Below, one piece after another: positions 24,395-37,309 of a stretch of DNA of 64,000 nt; position 1 is the stretch's first letter; each line of letters starts with the position of its first letter. The DNA comes from Carcharhinus longimanus. Taxonomy: Eukaryota. Where the stretch lies: positions 5,062,671-5,126,670 of the forward strand of contig JASCQW010000133.1 in NCBI GenBank assembly GCA_030264375.1, written 5' to 3'. The notes beneath the pieces were generated by a model. The model made no database searches. It saw nothing but the letters and a program-made list of their open reading frames with translations, and was not told the DNA's origin. Both the position numbers and the translations under genes were made by a program.

Positions 24395-24541
24395 GTAGTG
24401 ACGGCTGGAGGCTATATGAGTACATCACCAGACACTTCATTGCTACAATCAGTCATGATTGCAAATATCTCCAAACCACCATTGCGTTCAGTATCAATAT
24501 GGAACATTTTACGTGTTCGGGGAAGACACTGATTTCACCTG
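24395..24541 (+). CDS. TOP3B: TOP3B coding exon 11 (SDGWRLYEYITRHFIAT...GKTLISP)
   Basis: CAG|...G|GTAAGA; 147 nt; conserved YEYITRHF. Confidence 0.96.
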
Positions 24542-24619
24542 GTAAGAGTAAAGTTAATGTTTATACAGTGAATTCACTGAGAGGAAAGGGAATATATTAA
24601 AAAGTGCTTCATAAATTCA

Positions 24620-26465
24620 TCGCTGTTACAACAAGTTCTCAGTAAGCGCTTGGCCCAGATGGGTTACCCGGGCAAGCACTCAGATCCAGTGCAGACCAGC
24701 TGGTGGGAATATTCGGAGACGTCTTTAACCTCAATCTGAGGTCCCTATCTGCTTCAAGAAGACAACCATTAGCCCAAAGGAAAACCAGGCAGTGTGTCTT
24801 AATGACTATGATCCGGTGGCTTTGACATTCATCATTATGAAGTGCTTCAAAAAGCTAGTCATGGCATGAATCAATTCCAGCCTCCCAGACTGCCTGGATC
24901 TACGACAGTTCATCTACCGCTGTAACAGGTCCACAGCAGACGCCATCTCCCTGGCCCTGCACTCAACCCTGGAACACATGGATAACAAAGATACCTACAT
25001 CAGACTCCTATTTATCGACTACAGCTCAGCCTTCAACACCATTATTCCTATGAAACTCATCTCCAAACTCCATGGCCTGGGGCTCGGCTCCTCCCTCTGC
25101 AACTGGATTTTGAACTTCCGAACCCACAGACCACAATCAGTAAGGATAGGCAACGCCACCACCTCCACAATCATCCTCAAAGCTGGTGTCCCACAAGGCT
25201 GTGTCTTCAGCGCCTTATTATACTTCTTATACACCGAGGACTGTGGCCAATTCCCCTCCAACTCAAGTTTGCTAATGGCACCATCATAGTACATCAGATC
25301 TCAAACAATGACAAGATGTGAGTACAGGAAAGAGATGGAGAACCTGGTGAACTGGCGTGACAACAATAATCTCTCCCTCAATGTCAACAAAATGAAGGAG
25401 ATTGTCGTCAACTTCGGGAAGCATAATGAAGGACATGCCCCTGTCTATATCAATGGGGACAAAGTAGAAATGGTTGAAAGCTTCAAGTTTTTAGGTGTCC
25501 AGATCACCAACAATGTGTTTTGGTCCCTGCAAGATGACATGATCATTAAGAATGCCTCTACTTTCGCAGAAAACTAAGGAAATTTGGCATGTCGACTACA
25601 ACTCTTTCCACCTTGTACAGATGGACCATAGAAACCGTTCTTTCTGGTTGTATCACAGCTTGGTGTGGCTCCTGCTCTGCCCAAGACTGCAAGGAACTAC
25701 AAAGGGTTGTGAAGGAANNNNNNNNNNNNNNNNNNNNNNNNNNNNNNNNNNNNNNNNNNNNNNNNNNNNNNNNNNNNNNNNNNNNNNNNNNNNNNNNNNN
25801 NNNNNNNNNNNNNNNNNNNNNNNNNNNNNNNNNNNNNNNNNNNNNNNNNNNNNNNNNNNNNNNNNNNNNNNNNNNNNNNNNNNNNNNNNNGACCATGCTG
25901 CCTGATTTCGCTAAAACCCCCTATCCATCCAGGGACCATATCCCTCTATTCCCATCCTTATTCATGTATTTGTCAAGACGCCCCTTAAAAGTCACTACCA
26001 CATCCACTCGGCAACAAGTTCCAGGCACCCACCATCCTCTGTGTAAAAAAAAAAATCTGCCTTGTGGATTTCCTTTAAACCTTGCCCCTCGCACCTTAAA
26101 CCTATGCCCCCCGGTAATTGACTCTTCCACCTTGGGGAAAAAAGCTTCTGACTATCCACGCCTCTGATAATCTTGTAGACTTTTATCAGGTCGTCCCTCA
26201 ACCTCCATCGGAAAAAGATACAACCTCAGTTGGAAAAAGACAAAAGTCGAGTAACCTACTCGAGAACAGCTTCTTCCTTGCTGCCATCAGACTTTTGAAT
26301 GGACTTACCTCGCATTAAGTTGATTTTTCGCTATACCCTAGCCATGACTGTAACACTACATTCTGCACCCTCCTTTCCTTCTCCATGAATGGTATGCCTT
26401 GTCTGGATAGTGCAGAAGAAACCATATTTTTCATAATAATCCATGGGATAGTAATAAATTAAATT
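24620..26465 (+). mobile_element. Rex1/Babar LINE, 5'-truncated and frameshifted, with nested CR1 fragment (25891-26205, -)
   Basis: [18 protein letters not shown]...LCNWILNF...RPQSVRIG...GVPQGCV; VEMVESFKFLGVQIT; SGCITAW; 3' tail ending AATAAATTAAATT. Confidence 0.88.
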
Positions 26466-26490
26466 CTGTTGCTGAAAATTACAACTTTAA

Positions 26491-26678
26491 ATGATGTGGA
26501 GAAGCCAGCATTGGACTGAAGTCTCAACACCAGATTATAGTCCAACAGGTTTATTTGGGATTATGAGCTTTTGGAGCGGTGCTCCTTCCTCAGGTGACTC
26601 ATCTGAGAAGGAACAGCACTCTGAAAGCTGTGATTCCAAATAAACCTGTTGGACTTCAACCTGGTGTTGTGAGACTTC
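26491..26678. mobile_element. Fold-back Penelope-like element: about 160-bp imperfect palindrome (26518-26678) with hammerhead-like cores
   Basis: Left arm 26518-26597 is the reverse complement of right arm 26599-26678; possible TSD AACTT(T/G)AAA. Confidence 0.8.
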
Positions 26679-28148
26679 TAACTTGAAATAAAACATTAGT
26701 TTCCATAAGGATGAATTTTAAAACTCTACTTGGGTTCTGAAGGATCAGAAGAAAATGAATATTAAAACATTGCACCCTCTAAGTTGCAATATTTTACATT
26801 GCTAAATTCCTTCAGTGGTAAATTAAATAACTTGCATATTTTCAAACTTATTTTGTTTCACAAGAAAAATTTAACTTTCTAATTAGAGAGCCTCCAGTTC
26901 ACTACCGATCCTGCATCCCCAGCCTCCCAGTTCCTAATCCTCCTCATTGCCTCGCATCCTACCCTTCCCCAAACCTCAGAGTTGTAACCTTTCACCTTTG
27001 CAACCCTCAATATTGTGACCATTTCCCAATCCTCTTCACCGTCTCCAAGTTGTGGCCTTTTCTGCCTCCCTGAACCTCCCACTTCCTGACTTGTTCTCTT
27101 GCCACTTCCCTACTCCGATCTGGTGTTCCTGTTCAAGATCCAAATTCAGTTCAGATCCAGAGCCCTGCCGTTGTGGAAATGTGAATCTCATTGGTGCAGA
27201 AGTACCAAGCTGGAGCTGCTGTAGTCCATTTCTTAAACACACACGTTCGCCACTTTGCTCTCCTAAACCTTCACTGTGTGAAAGGGCTCAGGAGAAGAGC
27301 AGTGAGACAGGGGAGTAGCTTTGACAGTCATGTTTAAAAACAAAACATGGATTGTAGCAGCTAAGTCACATCTGGATCTTGAACCTGAATGCACATCCAG
27401 ATGACGAAAATGATGAGAGGGTATGTCCGGGAGGCCATAACTGCTCCAAAATGGTGTCCGTTGGATCCATGGGAAATTATGTCAAAAGGATTATGTGATG
27501 CTCATTGAGATTACAGGCCCCAATCGCGAAACAATATTAAATGGAGGAATATAAATGACTAATTATACTACACCCTTCTGTCAAAGGTACTGCTGCTGTA
27601 GTTTTACAGAGCAGGGTGTGGTTCCAATGCAACTGCTATAAACGTTTTCTACTTGAATGCAGAAATTTGTAATTTATAAACTGGGCACAGAAGATGATTT
27701 TATACATTCTTATTTTAATTTATATTGTCCTATGGATATCTCTATTCCTATGGGGCCTTAATATTGCAGTAGGAAATCAAAATATTTGCATATGCACTGC
27801 CACTGAGTTTTTTTGAAGGGTAAAACTGGCAAAAACTTGCACTTTTGGGGCATTTTTAAAGCTGGATGGAATTAACTTTGTTAAAATATATTGCTTTTTG
27901 ACCAGAATAAATTTTAACTGAGAATGAAACGCAGCGCAACTCAGAAAACAGTTATTACCGATTTGTTTTGACTGACATTTTCCACAGCATTTGTTTGTGC
28001 AGGAGTTCAATATGCCTGATTGTATCCTGTTGTTATGTATCACTGTTGATTAAGATGTGTGTGGAGGAAAGGTTGGAGAAGCCAGCTTGTTCAGTATTTC
28101 TGGGTGTTTCCCATGTCGTGTATAAGGGACTTTGTTGTTCCTCTCCAG

Positions 28149-28322
28149 GTTACACTGCGGTGATGCCATGGCAGAGCCTGGCAGAGGAGGAGACCCTTCC
28201 CATTTGTGAACGAGGTGACATTTTTACTGTCGATGAGATTAAGTTGTTAGAGAAACAGACAAATCCACCTGACTATCTGACGGAGGCAGAACTCATCACA
28301 TTGATGGAAAAACATGGCATTG
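28149..28322 (+). CDS. TOP3B: TOP3B coding exon 12 (YTAVMPWQ...PPDYLTEAELITLMEKHGI)
   Basis: PPxxLTEAxLxxxMEKxGI motif; CAG|...G|GTAAGT; 174 nt. Confidence 0.97.
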
Positions 28323-29777
28323 GTAAGTCAGTACATATCCAGCCATTGGTCGTTCTGGTCTAACTTTAGCTTTTAAACAATTTTTAAGGCACTTGTCATG
28401 GTTCAGTGCATCATTTAATGCTGTGTAAACACGCACATTATGTGTTAGAGATGAAGTATAGTGATAGGCCTGAAAATGGTAATGAATTCACAATGTAACA
28501 AGCATAAGGATAGTTGTTTTATTTTTAAAATTTTACCACCAGGACTTTTAGCCCAGCACCACAGATGTTAATACTGTTTCTCATTATAGTAATGAAACCA
28601 AGAAACATTCAAACACCCACAGCTGCAGTCTCAACTTCAGCCTCTGACCTTGAACACTCCCCCTCCAGTTTATGTACTTATTTCAACATCTGATCCTGTC
28701 CTTGTCTCAGCACTAATTTCAGTCTCTGATCACCAATCTCCCCTTTCTATTCATTCTCTAATTTCAATTTCTAAAGTTAGTTCGTTCATTTTGTCTAATG
28801 ACATGTGCATTCCTTTCAGGTAATATTTTAGCCACAGCCTTTTCAATCCCAGCACTAGTTTCAGCAGAGAACCATTGCCAGGCTCTAAGCCAATGTTGTT
28901 AATCCATTTTGTGTCCAAAGGTGGTCCCACTGTAATCTCCTTGCATTTTCTGTTTTGATAGTTGAGTGGAATTTTACAGGGGGTGGGTGGAATAGGGTGG
29001 GGCTTTTCTCAGCACAACCCCCACACAACCCCCTCCCCCCCCCACAAAGGAAAATTGGTGCCTCTTTAATCAACACTCAACAAGGCTGTCCCACCTCGAA
29101 AGCTGCCAGCCAATCTGACTGGCTCTGGCAGTGCCCACAGCCCCAGAATTCAGTATGTGCACTTCCAGAATTCAAGGAAGCCCTGGGAAGAAGACAACGT
29201 GGATCCCAGCGTGGGATAAGTTGGGTTTATTGGATAGGAAATGACCAGGGAGCAAGGGGGAAGAGGGATTGAGGGGTGTGGGGGCATCGATTTGAGACCA
29301 GGCAGGGAGTAACAAAGGTGGAGTAACGTCTTGATAGTGGAGGATGGGTGCCTTTGTTGGACAGAAGGCTTGGGGTGTGCAGAATGTACCTCCTCTTCTT
29401 CCCACATTTTGAGCAGAATTCTTAAAATAATGACCTACCCACTCCCACTTGCCTCCCTATGCCAACCATTTTATTGCGTGGGCCATATAATATTCGGGTC
29501 ACTTGGTTTGCTAATCAGTTTAGTTGCCCTTTAATGCCTTATTTAAAAATGGATAGAGGGCTGCTGATTTTTGTACCAGTCCACCTTTTGTATTATGGGG
29601 AATAGGTCAGAGTTGGGTCGGAATATGGAGGGTGAGCCACCCATCGTATTTTATGTTTTCCCTTCCCTGCCACAAATATGTCTGCAGTGAGTCCTAAACT
29701 CTAGCCCCAGCTGTATTTATTTGCAGCTTTCCTTTTTTTTCCCTCCCTTCTCTCATTTGCCGACTCTTCAAACCCCC

Positions 29778-30075
29778 TTTGACAGCACCTTCTAAACCTA
29801 CACCACCTAGAGGTGCAGACACGCAGGAACACGCCTACATGGAATTTCCCCTCGAAGCCACACACCATCCTGTTTTGGAACTATATCGCTGTTCCGTCAT
29901 TGGTGCTTGTTCAAAATCCAAGAGCTCCACTCCTAACAGCGCGGTGGGTGTACCTACACCGTAAGCCCTGCAGTGGTTCAAGAAGATGACTCACCACCAC
30001 CTTTTCGAGGGCAGTTAGGGATGGCCAACAAATGCTGTCATAGCCAGAATGCCCATGTCCCATGAAAGAAATTTT
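29778..30075 (+). mobile_element. LINE 3' fragment of a second CR1-like family (other copies 62325-62935 -, 22738-23290 -)
   Basis: CTGCAGTGGTTCAAGAAG...TCACCACCACCTT...GGGCAGTTAGGGATGG...CCCATGAA, shared in reverse with 62325-62430. Confidence 0.6.
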
Positions 30076-30393
30076 AAAACATTCCAGGATTCTAAATTTT
30101 CACTTCAGTTTCCATTTTTTTCCCCGTTATGTAGACTGACAAAACCAAGGGGTCACAAAATAGTTTTCACTAAGTTTCACTTGAGGAACTCAAACCTACC
30201 TGTTTAAGAGTGAGGAACTTTGCATTGTTTGGAGTGTTTTGTAGTTTCTGTAAACTCACATGAAATAACTTATATTTATATCACATGTTTAACATAATAA
30301 AACATACCAAGATACTGCACAGAAACATTACAAAAGATAATCTGGCAATGAGCCAGTTTGGCGGATATGACCAAAGGCTTAGTCGAAGGACAG

Positions 30394-30691
30394 TTTATTC
30401 ATTTATTAGTTCCAAGTAGGCTTATATTAACACTGCAATAAAGTTACTGTGAAAATCCCCTAGTCGCCACCTCTGCCTTTACAGGTACACTGAGGGAGAA
30501 TTTAGCATGGCCAATACACCTAACCAGCGCGTCTTTCAGACTGTAGGGGGAAACCGGAGTACCTGGAGGAAACCCATGCAGACACAGGGAGAACGTATAG
30601 AGTCCACACAGACAGTGACCTAAGCCAGGAATCGAACCCAGGCCCTGGTACTAAGAGACAACAGCACTCACCGCTGTACCACTGTGTTGCC
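30394..30691 (-). mobile_element. V-SINE with alternative tail, nested in an L2-like remnant (about 30330-31400, -)
   Basis: TTACTGTGAAAATCCCCTAGTCGCCAC tail; GGAATCGAACC is a reverse B-box; flank CTTAAAGGAGG...GGGAGGGAATTCC is L2-like. Confidence 0.75.
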
Positions 30692-32930
30692 TCATTGTCT
30701 TAAAGGAGGAATACAAGGTAGAGAGATGGAGAGGTGTAGGGAGGGAATTCCCAAGCTTTAGGTCTTAGGCAACTGAAAGCATGGCCATCAGTGGTGGGGT
30801 AATTGAAGATCTAGGATGCTCTAGGGACCCAAATTAGCTGTTCACAATACCTCGGAAGGTTATGGGGTTGGAGGAGATTACAAGAAAATATGAAGGAAGT
30901 GTGATGGGGGAAAGAAGGATGTGAATTTTAAAGTCAAGACATTGACCTAGAGCCAAATTAAATCAGTGAGTGCAGGGATAATAGGCGAGCAGGACTCAGT
31001 ACAAGTTAAAACACAGATACCAGTGTTTTAGATGATCTCAAGTTTAAGGAGGGTAGAATGTGGAAGACAAGCTAGGCATAGTCAAGTCTAGAGGTCACAA
31101 AAGAATAAATGAGACTTTCAGCAGCAGAGGAGCTGGTCTGTAGTGAAGATAGGTAATGTTAAGGAGATGAAAATAGGGGGTCTTCATGATGGCACAAATA
31201 TGTGGATGGAATCCCATGTTGGGATTAAATAAGGTTGTGAACAGAGAGGTTTAATCTCAGACTGGAGCCAAGGAGAACAAGAGTTGGTAGTTAAGGAGTG
31301 GAGTTTGAGGTAAAGATCAAAAACAATGGCAGTTATACTGGGTGTCAGAGATTTAACAACAGCAGAGGAGTGGAGAGGCGGTAGTGAAGTGGTACACCTA
31401 TTCCTGGATCATCTTATTACTAATCCTGAAGCCTAATTAACACTACGTTATCGGGGGTGATCAACCGTTACCAAACAAATACATCTACATTGACCATTCC
31501 ATTACTGACTCATTGGTTTTGGATTTGACAGTTCCATTACCAATTTATTTTGCATCCAAATTTATAGTTCCATTACCAATCTGTCCATCTTCATGGCTGA
31601 TCAGCTGCATCTGCTGACCATCCATTAATAATCCAGTTTATAGCTGAATTGACTGGCCCTCTACCAGTTCTGTGTTGTGGAGGCTAACTGTCCCACAGTT
31701 AACCCCTATCCACATCAGCACCAATGGTCACCAGTAAAGCACCAATTATAGCCTTATTCAGATGGAACCACGTAACAATTTTCATACATCACGTTAGCAG
31801 TCTAGTTGGATCAAACTACCAAGTTTGACCATTTGTTTCTAGACTACTTGCCATAGTTTTCAACTTGTAAGACCTCAGATTATAATTGAGATGATTTTGG
31901 TGCTCATACAGAACTAAAGTTATAATTTTCTGACGTCACTGTACTCGATATTGAAGTTCCTTTGGGAACTGAAAAATGAGTAAGTTGATTCTTGTTTAAT
32001 ATTCACTGCAGTTAGCATAGCGTTTATTGTCCAATTATCTGCTGGTGTTTATGAGTCATATCTATAAATACACTCCAGTGATATGTTTGTATGGCAGATA
32101 GCATCAATACTGTCAAAGCAGTTACTCCAATTAGGTATGTTGCTTTGAAAATATGAAATAAAAACAGAACATCAAAAATGTAATTATTTTCTGTAAGAGA
32201 ATGCAATTAGAATTCATTTCAGTTCGACTTGGGTTCAAATTTCCAAACAAACTTTTGAGTTTGAAGCCCCAAACTTCAGCTCTGAGTTTGAGTTTAAATA
32301 TATTTCTGAANNNNNNNNNNNNNNNNNNNNNNNNNNNNNNNNNNNNNNNNNNNNNNNNNNNNNNNNNNNNNNNNNNNNNNNNNNNNNNNNNNNNNNNNNN
32401 NNNNNNNNNNNNNNNNNNNNNNNNNNNNNNNNNNNNNNNNNNNNNNNNNNNNNNNNNNNNNNNNNNNNNNNNNNNNNNNNNNNNNNNNNNNNNNNNNNNN
32501 NNNNNNNNNNNNNNNNNNNNNNNNNNNNNNNNNNNNNNNNNNNNNNNNNNNNNNNNNNNNNNNNNNNNNNNNNNNNNNNNNNNNNNNNNNNNNNNNNNNN
32601 NNNNNNNNNNNNNNNNNNNNNNNNNNNNNNNNNNNNNNNNNNNNNNNNNNNNNNNNNNNNNNNNNNNNNNNNNNNNNNNNNNNNNNNNNNNNNNNNNNNN
32701 NNNNNNNNNNNNNNNNNNNNNNNTTGCTTGTCAGGCATTTTATGGCCCACTTTTCCTGAATTTGGGAAAGATTGAATGAAATAATACCTCTGACTTCTCC
32801 TACCAAGGCCAAAACCTAAGGCTGCAGGTTTATCCCAGTGGCAAAACAGTTAGGGCTCTGAGAAGACTGCATATGGTGCTTTATCTGAGACTTGGTAATG
32901 TTAAACAAAATTGTATCTCTTGATTTTCAG

Positions 32931-33059
32931 GAACGGATGCCAGTATCCCTGTCCATATCAACAACATCTGTCAACGCAACTATGTCACTGTTGAGAGTGG
33001 CCGCAGATTGAAACCCACCAACCTTGGGATTGTTCTCGTTCATGGATATTACAAAATTG
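32931..33059 (+). CDS. TOP3B: TOP3B coding exon 13 ([18 protein letters not shown]...[15 protein letters not shown])
   Basis: GIGTDAS spans the exon 12/13 junction; TTTTCAG|...G|GTAAAA; 129 nt. Confidence 0.97.
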
Positions 33060-33214
33060 GTAAAAGTGCAACTGAGGGAAACTTCCTCCAGCTCTGAAAC
33101 CAGGAGCTTATTTAAATTTTCAACTGTGCTGATCTGCCTTGTGTGTTTTAGATGATTTGTAAATATGATCTAATTGTTGCTCTTTGGAGTTCCTTTATAC
33201 AAACTTATCAGTCT

Positions 33215-33216
<2 letters not shown>

Positions 33217-33252
<36 letters not shown>
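33217..33252. repeat. (CA)n microsatellite, about 18 units
   Basis: Directly visible. Confidence 0.95.
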
Positions 33253-33256
<4 letters not shown>

Positions 33257-33436
33257 ACTGGAAAGAGTTGGCAGATTGTCTCCACAGAACCAATATTAAC
33301 AGAAATGCTTCTTTTTACTCTTGAAACCTACAGGACCTGAACTCTATTCAGTCTGACCATAATCTCTGGAGAAAGCTCTATCCAAGTTTCCTAACGTTCT
33401 GTCTCAGATCAGTGAACTCAATGTGGGCTGGGAGGA

Positions 33437-33747
33437 TCATAGAATCCCTACAGTGCCGAGAGAGGCCATCCAACCCATCAAGCCTACACCGACAACAATC
33501 CCACCCAGGCCCTATCCCAGTAATCCCACTTATTTACCCTGCTAATCCCCCTAATCCACACATACAGGTTAGATAGCACGCCCTATCCATCTAACCTGCA
33601 CGTCTTTGGACCTTGTGATGAAACCAGAGCACCCAAAGGAAACCCACACAGACATGGGGAGAATGTGCAAACTGCCACGCAGTCACCCGAGGCTGGAATT
33701 TAACCTGGGTCCCTGGCATTGAGGCAGCAGTGCTAACCACTGTGCCG
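33437..33747 (-). mobile_element. V-SINE (HE1-like)
   Basis: ATCATAGAATCCCTACAGTG ... GAGGCAGCAGTGCTAACCACTGTGCC. Confidence 0.85.
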
Positions 33748-33878
33748 AGGTGGCAGTATTGTTGGGAGTGGATGCTGGGTGGTGGTGTCAGTGGATATTA
33801 TCAAGCAGATTCCATCAGTTGGGTGCTGTGCCCTTTTCTCTAGTTGGTAATTTGTATGATCTTTTTGTATTTTAACAG

Positions 33879-34028
33879 ACCAGGAACTTGTCCTTCCCAC
33901 CATCCGCAGTGCAGTCGAGAAGCAACTCAGCCTCATAGCTGCGGGCAAAGCTGACTTCCCACCAGTTCTGGAGCATGCCCTCAATATCTTCAAGAGAAAG
34001 TTCCATTATTTTGTAGACTCCATATCTG
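33879..34028 (+). CDS. TOP3B: TOP3B coding exon 14 (QELVLPTIRSAVEKQLSLIA...FKRKFHYFVDSIS)
   Basis: CAG|...G|GTACAA; 150 nt. Confidence 0.96.
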
Positions 34029-35075
34029 GTACAACTAAATGTTATGATGTTTTGTACTGTAACAAATTCTGTGACTAATTGTTAAACTGTTCAATAGTCA
34101 GAAACAAGAGCATGTTTTGTAAGGCACCTCTCAGACACAGAACTTGATTCTCCATTCAGCGCTGTTGTCAATTCTCTGCTGGGAACAGAGCCTTGCGCAA
34201 TTTTTCCCAAGGTCTGAACAGTTACCCACATCTCATCTGTAGATTTGACTGAGTAGGAATCTTTCACCTGTCACGGCTCATAGGCCATATTTAGATAACA
34301 TGGAAGAATTGCAAAAGTTTCATCAAAACTTCTGCATCAAGGACTTACAAGACAGGCATCAATCTCAGCCCCAACACTGCATATGTTCCACAGTGCTCAA
34401 TGTTGGGTTGGTGGAGTGGGCAAGAAAATGGAAGATGGTGTTTACCTCACACTTAGAGGTGATGTATTTCAGGTCAAACAGTAAACTGGAATATGCTGGG
34501 AAAGGTAGATGAAGTGAGAGATCTTGGCATTCAAGTGCACAGATCCCTGAAGGTAGCTGTACAAGTAGCTATGGTTGTAAAGAAGGCGGTTAGAATGTCC
34601 CACTATTGCCTGAGCTGAGATGAGTTGCCACAGCTTAGACTTGGGTCTATCAATACTCAATCAGACACTGTGTTTACACATTAGGCCATTATTCAGAGTA
34701 CTTTGTGTTCAATTTTTTCAACAAGAGTTTTGATTTGTAGAGGTGGAATTGATGTTCCTGGCTGACAATAAGCATCTTTTTCAGATAATAATTCTGTCTT
34801 ATTAGATTGTAACAGTGTCTGCATCCAAAGGCTGGAACTGTCCTGCTTGCATCCTGCGGTAATACAGTCTTTGTCACTGGGGTTATACAGTATATGTCAG
34901 AAAAGTATTTGCCGTTGCTAAATTGATTGCATTTGGGTGAATCTTGACCTGCATTGGAGGTCTGGAAGAGGTTTACTCTTGGAAAGTCAGTGGAGAATTG
35001 GCGGTTGCTTACTCTTCAACTTTCAGTGCTCTTTTGTGGCTACTTTTGCTCAGTCTGCTCTCTGTTGCTCGACAG

Positions 35076-35176
35076 GTATGGATGAATTAATGGAGGTGTC
35101 ATTTTCTCCAATTGCTGAGACAGGGAAGCCTCTGTCCCGCTGTGGCAAGTGTCATCGATTCATGAAGTACATTCAG
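35076..35176 (+). CDS. TOP3B: TOP3B coding exon 15 (MDELMEVSFSPIAETGKPLSRCGKCHRFMKYIQ)
   Basis: Start of the C-terminal Cys-rich zinc-ribbon region; CAG|...CAG|GTTGGT; 101 nt. Confidence 0.96.
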
Positions 35177-36779
35177 GTTGGTAAAGTGCATCTACAGCTT
35201 CAGGGAGGGAGTTTGTAGAGGGCCAGGGATTGATTCACTTTCAGTAATCCCAAGCATGGTCTCTTGAAATTGCATTAATATCTGTTATCGATACAGTGTT
35301 CATGTGTGCAACAAATGCTTAAGAATTGGAACACGCTGCCTGGCAGGATGGTGTATATGGATTCAGTTGTAAACTTCAAAAGGTCATCGGATTAAATTCT
35401 TGAAAGAGAAAATAATTTGTATGGGGAAAAGTTGACATAATGGGAATAACTGGATTGATGTTTGAAAGTGCCTGCTTTTATTTGATGACCTGAATGGTTT
35501 CATTCTGTGTTGTACTGTATGATTCTATAAATATGATTCTCATCAATATGTTTCAGGAATCAAGGAACCCAGTGGTTATACTAAGTTACTTAAAGAAGGG
35601 AGGTTCTTGTGCAGCAAATTCAAGTACAGTCAGGGACAATTATGAATCTTATGATGAAAAAAGTATAACAATGACAGTAAGCTGCAGCCAATTTGAACAT
35701 GAGATACCAAACAGAAATAAGATTAACAACATTTACTTTGCTTTCGTGGCAGATAAATGCAAGTGGGGCACTGAGAACCTGCCTGTCCTTTTAAAAAGTA
35801 TTAACGACTTTTTTAACATAGAGAACAAACATTTAACATTGTATTTGAAAATGACACCTTTGACAATGCAGCACTCCATATCTGTATAAGTGCCCAATGT
35901 TGTATCCCAGAGACCCATTGGTGAAAGATAGAACTGGAGCCAATCTTTACTTACTTTAATATTTATTTACAGAATTACATATTACAAGTCTAACAACCTT
36001 TTTAACCCAACAACAATTTTAGTCTGTTTATTTCTACCAGGGCTGAAGTAAATCCTCAATTAATACTCACCATCTTCATACTTTTAAGAACAATTCATAA
36101 TTACTATCCAAGTCCTTCAATGGAACTTGACCAAAAGATACATTTCAGGCACAGATGGTTTAAGGAAAGTGCTGGACATCAATCAAAACCCCTGCTGGTG
36201 TGAATCTAGAATTCCATTCATGAAGAGGTGTCATGCATTTGAAGCATTAACTTGTAGCTTTACAGATTTTTATTATTTACTGTGCGTTTCTACAATTTTC
36301 TGTTTTTGACTCTGATTTCCAGCATTTCAGTTTTTATTTCTAGAAATCCACAATCTATATGCGTTATTCTTTTAGTTTGTGCATACTTACTAGGCCAGTA
36401 AATATAAGACTAGTACCACAAAACCATAGAATTCCTACAGAGCAGAAAGAGGCCTTTTGGCTCAATGAGTGTGTATCGACTCTCCAAAAGAGCATCCTAT
36501 CCAGGCCCTCCCCTGTAACCCCATATGCATTTATCATGGCTAATTCGCCTAACCATGACATCTTTGGATACTAAGGGGCAATTTAACATGGCCATTCCAC
36601 TCAACCGGCACATCTTTCGACATACCCTCACACTGGGAAGTGAATGGAAATCCAGCAAAAATACACACTATGGTTATAGGCAATTAATGGGAGTTCAGGG
36701 CTTTCATTCTTTAATTACCAAGTCTGTGAATGGGTTTCCAGGGCTCTCGTAGTGAATGGAAGTCCAAGATGCTCTGTGA

Positions 36780-37290
36780 TATGGCAATTGACCCAACCAA
36801 TCCATGCTGGTACTTATGCTGTCTCATGCCTACTCCCATGTTTCTTCTTCTAAACGTACCATCATAACCATCTATTACTTTCTCCCTGAAGTATTTGTCT
36901 AGTTTCTCCTTAAATGCATCTAATATTATTTGCTTCAGTTTCTCCCTGTATTAGCAAGTTCCAGATCCTTACCACTCTTTGAAGGAAATTGTTTTTTCCT
37001 CGGTTCCCTATTGGATTTCTTTGTGACCATTTTGTTTTAATGATTTCTAGTTGTGCTGTTTCCTGCAAGAGAGAACATTCTGGATCTACTCTGTAAAAAC
37101 TTCATGATTTTAAATATCTATTAGATTACGCCTCAGTTGTTTTTTCAGGAAAAAAGGGCGCCAGCCTGTCAATCCTTTTACTGATATGTATACCCATGCA
37201 TTTCTGATACATCTTTGTTAATCTTCTCTGCACCCTCTCCAGTGTCTCTATATCTCTTTCATAATGTAGTGACCAGAACTGCAAGCAGTA
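36780..37290 (-). mobile_element. Older CR1 fragment (resumes at about 38355-38460)
   Basis: TAATCTTCTCTGCACCCTCTCCAGTG...GACCAGAACTG, reverse CR1 C-terminal motifs. Confidence 0.6.
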
Positions 37291-37309
37291 CAATCAGAAC
37301 TGCAAGCAG

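Noticed and set aside
27405-27520. Intronic C/D snoRNA (ATGATGA box)
   Set aside because: No properly placed D box (CTGA) or terminal stem
28960-29710. MITE/DNA transposon
   Set aside because: Only weak terminal similarity (GGAATTTTA / TAAACTCTAGCCC); cannot be supported without other copies
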